Source: Pseudomonadota bacterium
GTDB lineage: Bacteria; Bdellovibrionota; FAC87; UBA2466
Assembly: GCA_043767805.1 (NCBI GenBank)
Contig: JAYUGC010000053.1
Location: 1-64,000 of the forward strand
Length of the DNA stretch: 64,000 nucleotides
Direction: 5' to 3'
Under the pieces are notes generated by a model. It was not told where the DNA came from. It made no database searches and saw nothing but the letters and a program-made list of their open reading frames with translations. Numbering within the stretch: the stretch's first letter is position 1; each line of letters opens with the position of its first letter. This document shows, piece after piece, positions 9,559 through 17,742 of this stretch. The position numbers were made by a program, and so were the translations under genes.

Positions 9559-10199
9559 TTTCACGGGACTTGCTGCGAAGCCACGAGATCGAGGGACTTC
9601 ACGTGGGTTGCCGCAATCAACTGCTACCCGGATGGCTTAACGTCGATATCACCGAGCGGGTGAGCGCGGTTGGAACAGACGTCGGAACGACGGGGCTGCG
9701 CCGCCTGGACTCGGGCGCCTACTTCCTGCGTCACGACGCCTCTCAGCCCTTTCCGCTAGAGTCCGGCGCGTTTCAGAAAATCTTTTCCGAGCACATGATC
9801 GAGCATTTGACGCTCTCTCACGGCGCGAAGTGGCTAACGGAAATGTTTCGAGTGCTAGCTCCTGGCGGCGTACTGCGCCTTTCCACTCCAGATCTCGGCA
9901 AATACGTGGAAGGGTACTTGGATCCCGAGAGCCGTTTCTATAAGGCACACCGAGAGCAGCTGATGGACGAGCACTTCGGAGTCCCGGCGAGAAAGTCCTG
10001 GATGCTGAATCAAATTTTCATGCTCTGGGAGCACCGCTGGATCTATGACTTCGAGGAAATTATTTACGCCGGCCAGCAAGCGGGCTTTCGAAGAGCGGAT
10101 ATCCGGCGCCGGGAGTATCGCTTGGGCGCCCTCTCCGGACTGGATCAACCGAGCCGCCGAGACGAGAGCCTTTATGTCGAGCTAACCCGCGATACCTAA
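9555..10199 (+). CDS. SAM-dependent methyltransferase (type 11-like)
   Basis: LHVGC..GWLNVD, SEHMIEHL, RVLAPGGVLRLSTPD, ESLYVE. Start placed at the ATGA overlap (9555) instead of 9393. Confidence 0.85.
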   Translation: MISRDLLRSHEIEGLHVGCRNQLLPGWLNVDITERVSAVGTDVGTTGLRRLDSGAYFLRHDASQPFPLESGAFQKIFSEHMIEHLTLSHGAKWLTEMFRVLAPGGVLRLSTPDLGKYVEGYLDPESRFYKAHREQLMDEHFGVPARKSWMLNQIFMLWEHRWIYDFEEIIYAGQQAGFRRADIRRREYRLGALSGLDQPSRRDESLYVELTRDT

Positions 10200-11008
10200 G
10201 ATTTTTTCTCGAGAAGTACGCCGGTCTGATACCCATAGGCCTCTCGGGTGACGGAGAGCACTTTGAACCCGCCCTCAACGAGACGACGGAAACTCTCGCC
10301 GGTATAGAAGACGAGAAATTCATTCTCTATCTCCAAGACTAACCGAGCCCAGGTCCGAGGGTTCTCCTGGTAGATCGCGCTGCCGAATAAAGTGAGGGCC
10401 ACCCAGTTATCGTTCCAGGGCGGCTTCGAGAGAAGGTCCACCGTGTGCTCGTCCAGAATCGTGACGTAAAGACGTCCCTTCTCGCCGAGCACGCGATGCA
10501 ACTCCATGAGCCACGAGTCGGTCCTCTCATTGATGTGAGTAAAGACGGACATGGCATAGATCAGATCGAAATAGCCATCTTCGAAAGGTAAACGCGGGTG
10601 CGGCGTCGTCGTCGCGAAATGAAAGGGCGGGCTTAGATTCTGCCGACACCAGTCTATTTCTTCCTCTCTAAGATCGACTCCCCAAATCTCGCGCCCTTCG
10701 GCGAGCGGGAAGAAATGCCGCAGAGTCCGGCCAATGCCGCACCCGAAATCCAGAGCCCGGCCGCCGGGCCGCAAAGTAAAATGAGACGCTTCGATAACTT
10801 GCCTCATGACGTCGTAATCTTGGGAATCGAGAAACAAGGCGGGGTCGGTCCCGTACTTGACGACCATGGCTTCCGAAGGAAGCGCGGCCACTAATCGCCC
10901 CTCGCTCTGACGACTCATCCAGGCATAGTCCAGGAGAGGCGCGGGACGGACGCGAGTGCTCAAATACTTGTCCACTGAGCTCAGAATCCTGGCCCGATCA
11001 GAGTCCAT
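10196..11008 (-). CDS. Class I SAM-dependent methyltransferase
   Basis: ALDFGCGIGR, FDLIYAMSVFTHI, WLMELHRVL. Confidence 0.9.
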   Translation of the reverse strand: MDSDRARILSSVDKYLSTRVRPAPLLDYAWMSRQSEGRLVAALPSEAMVVKYGTDPALFLDSQDYDVMRQVIEASHFTLRPGGRALDFGCGIGRTLRHFFPLAEGREIWGVDLREEEIDWCRQNLSPPFHFATTTPHPRLPFEDGYFDLIYAMSVFTHINERTDSWLMELHRVLGEKGRLYVTILDEHTVDLLSKPPWNDNWVALTLFGSAIYQENPRTWARLVLEIENEFLVFYTGESFRRLVEGGFKVLSVTREAYGYQTGVLLEKKS

Positions 11009-11106
11009 GGGAGACTTATACCCGCACCGATTTCCCTTTGATACCGGCGATGACTAACGCTGCGCTCCTCCTTGAGAGCGCCGACCGATTGGCCTAGCCT
11101 TCTCTC

Positions 11107-12633
11107 ATGAGCAAGCAGGGACGCACTCTATTTTCCTACCCAGTTCTTTTTTGGGGGGTGATCGCGCTGACGCTGGCTCTGCGGCTTCTCGGCTTAAACC
11201 GGGGCCTATGGATTGACGAGTACAGCTCGCTCACGTTCGCGAGCAAAGAAGGCTTTTGGGCGACCGCCTTTGGTTACAACAATCCCCCCCTCTACTACCT
11301 CCTCTTAAAAGCCTGGCGGCACCTTGGCACCTCTGAGCCGTGGATACGGTTACTTTCCGTGGGGCTTTCCGTTGCCACGGCGGGCGTGCTGATGACAAGT
11401 CTAAAGCCTCGCTCGAAGACGGCCGCGCTCGTGGCCGGCGTTTTGTTTGCCACCCTCCCCGAGATGCTGAAGTACGGCTCCGAAATCCGCGCGCATTCCC
11501 TTTTTTTGCTCGCCACCGTCGGCGTTTTCTTTTTCGCGGACCGGTTTAGCCGGACGTGGAACGACAAAAGAGCGCTTCTCGGTCTCGGCGCCTGTTTGCT
11601 TTTAGCCATGTTCACGCAATCGATTGGGCTCTTTCTCTTGGGCGCGGTCTTTGCCTTTCTTCTCTCCTCACGTCTTCTCTCGGGAGAAGCGGTGCCTTGG
11701 AAGACACTCGCTAGGCTTGGACTCGCCGCACTCGTGGTAACGAGCCTCTTCGCGCTTTGGCTCGCTCCGCATCTGAGTCAAAGAGATTGGATTCCTTCGG
11801 TCACTTGGATACAAGCCGCGAAAGTTTTCTTCGAGTCTTTGGGAGTGCCCGCTCGCGCGCTCAGCGGAAAAGCCGCGGGTTTCGACGAGCTTGCCGCCAC
11901 CCCTGCGCTGGAAAAAATCGGTCTGGTCTGGGTGCTACTCTCCCTCTGCACGCTACTTTGTCTCGTCCCTTTCGGAAATTGGCGAAAGCACGCGCCTTAC
12001 TTTTATGCGTTTATCGCCCTGTGGTTACAGCTCGTGTTCTGCTCTTTGTTTTTCCGGCCGGTCTTGATCGGCCGCACCGCTCTGATGACGCTCATACCGC
12101 TCGTCGCTTTCCTCGCGCTGCAAACCGCTTCCCTTCGCCGGCCGGCGCGAACCGCGGCCTTTGCCGCACTGGCGAGCCTTTGTCTGATTTCCTCCTTCAC
12201 TTGGGCCAGATGGGGAGCTTATCTGTCTCAGGAAAACTGGAAAAAGGTTTTCACCATTTTGGAACGTGAATGGCATGCCGGTGACGTGCTCATTCTCGCG
12301 CCGTGGTGGCTCGGCAAGGAAGGCATCGGCAAATATCATTTCCCCGTCCCCGAGCCTGACGTCATGGCACTGCATCGCCCGGATGACGATGTGGGTTACC
12401 AGCAAAAGCGGTTCAAGACTTATCTCGAGCAAAAACTGAAAACGGATCCCGAGTCCCGAGTCTTTCTCATTACGCGTAAGTTTCAGCCCACGGAGTGGAC
12501 GGATATTTTAGTTCCGGCGCTGGGCTCCGTGCCCGCGAAGCTGGTGGAAGGCCCCGTGCGTCTCTATCTTTGGAAGACGCCGCTCAAAGCGCCGAAAGTC
12601 GCAAACGGTAATACCTTCGAGCGGATGAGATGA
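11107..12633 (+). CDS. GT-C (GT39/PMT-like) membrane glycosyltransferase
   Basis: LWIDE, NPPLYYLLL, RLLS, EIRAHSL motifs; many TM helices plus a soluble C-terminal domain. Confidence 0.85.
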   Translation: MSKQGRTLFSYPVLFWGVIALTLALRLLGLNRGLWIDEYSSLTFASKEGFWATAFGYNNPPLYYLLLKAWRHLGTSEPWIRLLSVGLSVATAGVLMTSLKPRSKTAALVAGVLFATLPEMLKYGSEIRAHSLFLLATVGVFFFADRFSRTWNDKRALLGLGACLLLAMFTQSIGLFLLGAVFAFLLSSRLLSGEAVPWKTLARLGLAALVVTSLFALWLAPHLSQRDWIPSVTWIQAAKVFFESLGVPARALSGKAAGFDELAATPALEKIGLVWVLLSLCTLLCLVPFGNWRKHAPYFYAFIALWLQLVFCSLFFRPVLIGRTALMTLIPLVAFLALQTASLRRPARTAAFAALASLCLISSFTWARWGAYLSQENWKKVFTILEREWHAGDVLILAPWWLGKEGIGKYHFPVPEPDVMALHRPDDDVGYQQKRFKTYLEQKLKTDPESRVFLITRKFQPTEWTDILVPALGSVPAKLVEGPVRLYLWKTPLKAPKVANGNTFERMR

Positions 12634-12667
12634 CGCCAGGCTTCATCGATACTAACCATCTCCCCCG

Positions 12668-12697
12668 TTGACTGCCCTCGGGATCCGAAACTACGCT
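12668..12697 (+). promoter_or_regulatory. Candidate sigma70 promoter for the 12731 glycosyltransferase
   Basis: TTGACT-N18-TACGCT, 33 nt upstream of the ATG. Confidence 0.35.
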
Positions 12698-12730
12698 CTA
12701 TTTAAGTCCTCTCAAACGAACTCAATCTAA

Positions 12731-13687
12731 ATGGCGCGCATTTACGTTTATTGCCCGGATCTCAACGTGCCCATCGGAGGAGCAAAGATGCTCTACCGGC
12801 ACGTCGATATATTGAGAGAGCTCGGGCACGAAGCGTACGCTTTGCATCGATCGCCGGGTTTTCGCTTTACCTGGTTCGGCAACACGACACCCGTTCAGCA
12901 TGACGCCGAGATAAAACTCGAGGCGGAAGATTTCTTGCTGGTTCCCGAGATCATCTCGATTCGGGTCTTGCGCCAGTATCCGCGCGCGAAAAAGATCGTG
13001 TTCAATCAAAACGCCTACAACACTTTCCTTTCTTTCGCGCTGAACGAAGCCGAAGACTTCTGCCCTTACAAGAAGGCCACCGGCTTTCTGGCTTCTCTCG
13101 TCGTCTCCGAGGACAACCGCGCCTACTTGAGCCACGCTTTTCCCGATCACAAGATTCACCGCCTTCATTACTCCGTGGACGCAAAGCTGTTTCACCCGCG
13201 GGAAAAAAAGAAACCGCAAATCGCTTTTATGCCGAGGAAGAACTTCGGCGATGCCATGCAGGTCTTCGGCATTCTGAAGGCGCGCAAAGCCCTCGAAGGT
13301 TTTACGATCAAGCCCATTGATGGTAAGTCGGAGGAGGACGTCGCCGCCTTGCTGCGGGAGTCGGCGTATTTTTTCAGTTTCGGTTACCCCGAAGGCTGCC
13401 CGATCCCTCCCTTGGAGGCGATGTTCAGCGGGGCTCTGGTGGTGGGCTATCACGGGCGCGGCGGCCGGGAGTACTTTCTTCCTGAGTTTTCTTACCCCGC
13501 CGAGGTAAACGACATCATCGGCTTTGCGTCCCAAGCGGAAGCGGCGCTGTCTCTCTGGAAGCGCGAGCCCGGAGTGTGGGCTGAGAAAACGGCGGCGGCC
13601 CTTGCTTACGTTTCCGACACGTTCAACCTAGCTCGGGAGAAAGCCGACATCGAATCGGCCTGGCGATCCCTCACGGCGAAGAGTTGA
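12731..13687 (+). CDS. GT-B fold glycosyltransferase (GT4-like)
   Basis: PIGGAKMLYRHV, VPEI, FNQN, FMPRK, EGCPIPPLEAM (EX7E). Confidence 0.85.
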   Translation: MARIYVYCPDLNVPIGGAKMLYRHVDILRELGHEAYALHRSPGFRFTWFGNTTPVQHDAEIKLEAEDFLLVPEIISIRVLRQYPRAKKIVFNQNAYNTFLSFALNEAEDFCPYKKATGFLASLVVSEDNRAYLSHAFPDHKIHRLHYSVDAKLFHPREKKKPQIAFMPRKNFGDAMQVFGILKARKALEGFTIKPIDGKSEEDVAALLRESAYFFSFGYPEGCPIPPLEAMFSGALVVGYHGRGGREYFLPEFSYPAEVNDIIGFASQAEAALSLWKREPGVWAEKTAAALAYVSDTFNLAREKADIESAWRSLTAKS

Positions 13688-14519
13688 GGGCCGCGCGTTG
13701 ATTGAGCGCCGCCTCTAGGCGGCCTACGAGCGGGGCAAAAGGCTCTCGCTCCTGGAAATCGTATAAATCGGCGGGGTAGTTAGGCCAGAAGCGGGAAAGA
13801 ATGATCTCGCTCCGACGCCGGAGGGCATAGGGTTTCTGCCCTTCTCCGAAGGAAGCATTCCCCTGATGGTAGATGAAACAATCGTCGGCACAGGCGATCC
13901 CGAAGCCCGCCCGCGTCGCCCGGTAGCAGTAGTCCAGCTCTTCGCCGTACCCGTGCAGAAAAACTTTGTCGAAGTAACCGATGGAACGAATCACTTCGCG
14001 CCGAATCCACATGCAGTAGCCGATGGCGACGGGGAGCTCCGGATACTCTTGATGCGAGACCGAGGCCACGAGCTCGGCGTACTCCGCGAGCGAAATCCCC
14101 TTGGGCATCTCGTTGGCGTGGTTGAGCTTCGGAATGGAGAGAAGAAACCCGTTATTGGTGAGCGGAGACACGATGCCAAGGTTTGCCCGGGCATTGAGAC
14201 AAGCCTCCAGCTTATCCAGCCACCCAGAGGTAACTTGAGTGTCGGAGTTGAGCAGCACGATATCGCCCTCTCCTTGCACCATGCCGCGGTTTGCGGCCGC
14301 GACGAAGCCAGAGTTCTTTTTCAACTTGAGAGAAGTGACGCGCGCGTGGCTCAGCGCATAACTCTCCAGCAACGGAGCGATGGCCGGATCGGTGCTTCCA
14401 TCGTCGATGAGAAGGAGGCTGTGGCGCTCGTCGGAATGGGTCAAGACGCTGTCAAGGCAACTTCGAGTCGCGGCAACCGCATTAAAGATGGGAATGACGA
14501 TTTGAACGCGGGGCTTGAT
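13671..14519 (-). CDS. GT2 family glycosyltransferase, paralog of 2891..3763; start probably non-canonical (ATC at 14519)
   Basis: DDGSTD, LLNSDT, GYGEELDY, YHQGNASFG. The conserved VQIVIPIFNA strand lies upstream of the first canonical start (14444); in-frame TAA at 14529-14531. Confidence 0.85.
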   Translation of the reverse strand: MKPRVQIVIPIFNAVAATRSCLDSVLTHSDERHSLLLIDDGSTDPAIAPLLESYALSHARVTSLKLKKNSGFVAAANRGMVQGEGDIVLLNSDTQVTSGWLDKLEACLNARANLGIVSPLTNNGFLLSIPKLNHANEMPKGISLAEYAELVASVSHQEYPELPVAIGYCMWIRREVIRSIGYFDKVFLHGYGEELDYCYRATRAGFGIACADDCFIYHQGNASFGEGQKPYALRRRSEIILSRFWPNYPADLYDFQEREPFAPLVGRLEAALNQRAALNSSP

Positions 14520-14543
14520 TTGAAAAGCTTAAAGGGCGGCAAA

Positions 14544-15965
14544 ATGCTTTTCAAGCACGGCCATGATAACTTCCGGCTCATGGCTCAGGCGGGAAATGAC
14601 GGTTCGGTTGTCTTTAACCCTCAGTTGCGGGAGCTCCTCTTTCGTTGTCTCCGTCCGCCGGGAATCCGCTCTGCGGCGAAACAGGCACATCGGTTTTTCG
14701 CGGGCTCTTCTGCCCGGGCCTTGCTTCGATGCGAGAGCGTGAGGTCAGTGACTTTGCGGGGGGGGACCCTCAGCCACTTTCTCCCCGCCGTGTCCGACAT
14801 CGATCTTACCTTGCACGTGGATAGCCCCGAAAGCGAAGCAAGCTGGGTGCGGACGATGTTCGCCTTGAGAGAAGCGTACTGCCGGTCGAAGACCTTCGTG
14901 CCAGCTCTCGGAGAAGTTTTGATTCTGGACCGGCAAGATCGGGAGTTTCTCGAGGCAAGCAAAAGCTTTTTGCTTTTCTCCTCGTCCCCCGAAAAAGTCC
15001 TCGCGGGAGAAAATCTGTGCATCCAGTACTCGGCACGCCCGACCGACGCGGGCAGCTTCATGAACGCCATTTCGCTCTACGAGCTCGCCTTCAGAAAAAT
15101 GCGCCAGTTCGCCACCGGAGAGTTGCCGCACTTGAGAGAGGCCGAGATCCGTCGCGATCTAAAAAAGATTTTGAGACAAGCAGGGCGCGCCGTAGGAACG
15201 GATCTTTCGCTATCTCAGCTTTTCGCTCTCGCTTTCGAAAGACTCGACGAGCTGGCCACCAGGTTACTCGCTAAAACGTTTCCGCCCACGACGGGAGAAA
15301 AGCTCGGACCCTGGCGATCCCCGCCTCAGGAAACTTTTCCCGAAGAATCCGAGACAGGCGTCCAGTGGTGGCTCGGTATCACCTGTGCGGTGAGAAAAAA
15401 AGGCAAGTTCAGCTGCGCCAGTGATTCCAGAAGGTTTCTCTGGGAGCCTTCAGCGCCAGCTTTCACCAAGGATTTGTTCGAAGCGGTGAACAAGAGGTTC
15501 GATCGTTCTTTTTTCCCGCTCTCCGTCTTGTCTCCCGCCGCGGAAAAGTGCCGGCTCATGGGACTCACGTTAAATCTGGCGCTCCTTGGCATTCCGGACG
15601 TTCCCGAGAGCTGGCTGGAAGATCCCGAGCTCCACCCTCCGCTGCTTTCTTTCGTACGTGAGCGCACGTACGAAATGGCGGTCATGCAATATTTCCTGAT
15701 GCCGTTTCATCTCGTGGCGCTCAGTTACGATAGAACCCGGGAATGGCTGAAAGAGCTTTGCGCTCGCACCATGATGCTGGAGACCGGTATTTTTTCGCAC
15801 GGCTGGGGACCAGTCGAAAAATCCAAGCTATTCCATGCCCCCCATCTCTGGGAAAAAACCCACGACCTCACCTTCGACCCCCACGACCCACTCCACATGC
15901 CGCTCGTCTACCGAACGCTGTCCGAGATCAGGTCCGAGCTGACCCCGTTTGGCCGCGCTAGATAA
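14544..15965 (+). CDS. Nucleotidyltransferase-domain protein (Pol-beta-like); start 14544 or 14580
   Basis: LRGG....PAVSDIDL motif. The 13866-14543 part of the ORF-track call is antisense to a GT2 gene and was discarded. Confidence 0.6.
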   Translation: MLFKHGHDNFRLMAQAGNDGSVVFNPQLRELLFRCLRPPGIRSAAKQAHRFFAGSSARALLRCESVRSVTLRGGTLSHFLPAVSDIDLTLHVDSPESEASWVRTMFALREAYCRSKTFVPALGEVLILDRQDREFLEASKSFLLFSSSPEKVLAGENLCIQYSARPTDAGSFMNAISLYELAFRKMRQFATGELPHLREAEIRRDLKKILRQAGRAVGTDLSLSQLFALAFERLDELATRLLAKTFPPTTGEKLGPWRSPPQETFPEESETGVQWWLGITCAVRKKGKFSCASDSRRFLWEPSAPAFTKDLFEAVNKRFDRSFFPLSVLSPAAEKCRLMGLTLNLALLGIPDVPESWLEDPELHPPLLSFVRERTYEMAVMQYFLMPFHLVALSYDRTREWLKELCARTMMLETGIFSHGWGPVEKSKLFHAPHLWEKTHDLTFDPHDPLHMPLVYRTLSEIRSELTPFGRAR

Positions 15966-15990
15966 AGTCCGACTTCGCCCCAATATTTTT

Positions 15991-16058
15991 CGTCGAAGCG
16001 TCTTTAGGAGGGGCTTGCCGAGTCGTAGCCCAGCGGCCCTAAGGCCGCCAGCGAAGAA
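15991..16058. repeat. REP-like hairpin element directly 3' of the tRNA
   Basis: GCGGCC-CTAA-GGCCGC stem inside (minus strand) CTTCGCT...GCTACG...GGCAAGCC. Confidence 0.35.
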
Positions 16059-16143
16059 TGGTGCTCGATAGGAGATTCGAACTCCTACAGGTTTCCCTAC
16101 ACGGTCCTGAGCCGTGCGCGTCTACCAATTCCGCCAACCGAGC
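16059..16143 (-). tRNA. tRNA-Leu (anticodon CAG), CCA encoded
   Basis: Reverse complement GCTCGGTTGGCGGAATTGGTAGACGCG-CACGG-CTCAGGA-CCGTG-(long variable arm)-GTAGGAGTTCGAATCTCCTATCGAGCACCA; cloverleaf with GTTCGAA T-loop. Confidence 0.96.
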
Positions 16144-16246
16144 AACACATCGGGGGCATATAAGAGATTGCCGGGCCCCCTCACAGGAACTAGGTATTTA
16201 ACTGTTTCAAAAAGATTTGTCCAGGATTGGGGCGGCGGCTGAAATA

Positions 16247-16936
16247 GTGAAACGACAGGGCTTTTTCATCTCTTTTGAAGGCGGGGAAGGGGCTGGAAAG
16301 TCCACTCAGCTTCGCCTTTTGACGGACTGGTTGCGAAAGAACGCTCAGGCTCCGATCCGCACTTTGGAACCGGGCGGCACGCCGATTGGCGAAAAAATCC
16401 GGGATCTTCTGCTCGATCCCGCCAACGGGAAGCTGTCTCCCCGAGCCGAGCTCCTCCTTTATGAGGCCGATCGCGCCCAGCACGTCCAAGAAATCATCCT
16501 TCCCAAGCTGAAGGAAGGCGCCATCCTGGTCTGCGATCGCTACGGCGATTCCTCCATGGTCTATCAAGGGATCTGCAGGAAGCTCGGCGAGGCCCGGGTC
16601 GCCGACCTAAATCATTTCGCCACTCAAGGCATCAAGACCGATCTCACCATCGTCCTCGACCTCCCCGAAAAAGAAGGCTTGAAGCGCATCCGCCGCCGCC
16701 TCGAGGAAGACGGGGAGCTACACGGCATCCGCCGCCGGGTGAAGCTCGATCGCCTGGAGCGGGAGAAGGCCGATTTTCACCACCGGGTCCGGCTCGGATT
16801 TTTAAAGCTCGCCCGCCGCGAGCCGAAACGCATTCGCATCCTCGACGCGAGCCAAAGCGTCGAACTAGTCTTCGAACAGGTCCGCGCGCTCGTATTGCCT
16901 GGGCTGAAAAGGAGGAAACTATGGAAAGGCGAGTAG
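16247..16936 (+). CDS. tmk: Thymidylate kinase
   Basis: FISFEGGEGAGKST, EPGGT, DRY..SS..YQG. GTG start at 16247 preferred over 16217. Confidence 0.96.
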   Translation: MKRQGFFISFEGGEGAGKSTQLRLLTDWLRKNAQAPIRTLEPGGTPIGEKIRDLLLDPANGKLSPRAELLLYEADRAQHVQEIILPKLKEGAILVCDRYGDSSMVYQGICRKLGEARVADLNHFATQGIKTDLTIVLDLPEKEGLKRIRRRLEEDGELHGIRRRVKLDRLEREKADFHHRVRLGFLKLARREPKRIRILDASQSVELVFEQVRALVLPGLKRRKLWKGE

Positions 16937-17742
16937 GTTTGGGACTCTTGGGTCTCTCCGGTAACGAAGGTTTGCAAAAGCGCCTCTCCAATTACCTCAT
17001 GGGCGGCCGCATCCATCCCGCGCTCATACTGGCGGGTCCCGATCGCGAAGCGAAGTTCGCGCTCGCGCGCAATATCGCGAAGTTTCTCATTTGCCGGGAG
17101 CTTGGCGGCCGAGGTTTCTGCGAAACGTGCTCGGTGTGCCGCCGCATCGAGAAAGAGCTCCATCCCGACGTGCTGACTCTGAAAGAAGAGCCGGACGAGC
17201 CCATCAAGATCGACACCATTCGCGAGATCATCCATCAGATGACGGTGAGCCCCATGGAGGCGACCCACAAGATTTGTATTTTGGACGAGTGCCACCGCAT
17301 GAACACGGCGGCGGCCAATGCCTTCTTGAAGACCCTCGAGGAACCGGGAGAGAACCGGCTCTTTCTGCTACTGACCTCTCAGCCCGGCTCGCTTTTGCCG
17401 ACGATTACGTCGCGCTGTCTCGAGTTCTCCCTGAAGCCGCAAGCGATGGAAGCCGAGGTGGAGTTTCCTCCCGAGCAGGAGGCCCTGTATCGTCAGTTCC
17501 TGCAATCGGGTGACACCACGGAGCTTATCGCCGCGCTGAAAGAAAAGGAAGACGCCGTTCGCTTCGCGCGCTTTCTCCAAAAAGAATCGCGGGACGAAGC
17601 CAGTGGCGCCCAAGCCGCTCCCGATGTTTTCGATCGGTTCGAAGCGGCTCTCGAGCTCGAGGGCCGATTGCGTTCAAATGCCAACTACGGTTTAATGGTG
17701 GACGGCTTTCTCCGCTCTCATTATTTGCCTTCCGGGGTTTAA
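16921..17742 (+). CDS. holB: DNA polymerase III delta' subunit
   Basis: Zn-binding C..C..C, HPD, AANAFLKTLEEP, LLPTITSRC; follows tmk. Confidence 0.93.
   Translation: MERRVGLGLLGLSGNEGLQKRLSNYLMGGRIHPALILAGPDREAKFALARNIAKFLICRELGGRGFCETCSVCRRIEKELHPDVLTLKEEPDEPIKIDTIREIIHQMTVSPMEATHKICILDECHRMNTAAANAFLKTLEEPGENRLFLLLTSQPGSLLPTITSRCLEFSLKPQAMEAEVEFPPEQEALYRQFLQSGDTTELIAALKEKEDAVRFARFLQKESRDEASGAQAAPDVFDRFEAALELEGRLRSNANYGLMVDGFLRSHYLPSGV

Noticed and set aside
5147..12730. Free-standing RiPP precursor peptide in the cluster's intergenic gaps
   Set aside because: Gaps are under about 100 nt and hold no convincing RBS-led short ORF with a leader motif.
13866..14543. N-terminal 226 aa of the 699-aa ORF 13866..15965
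   Set aside because: It is the antisense shadow of the GT2 gene; recognisable NTase motifs start only after 14544.
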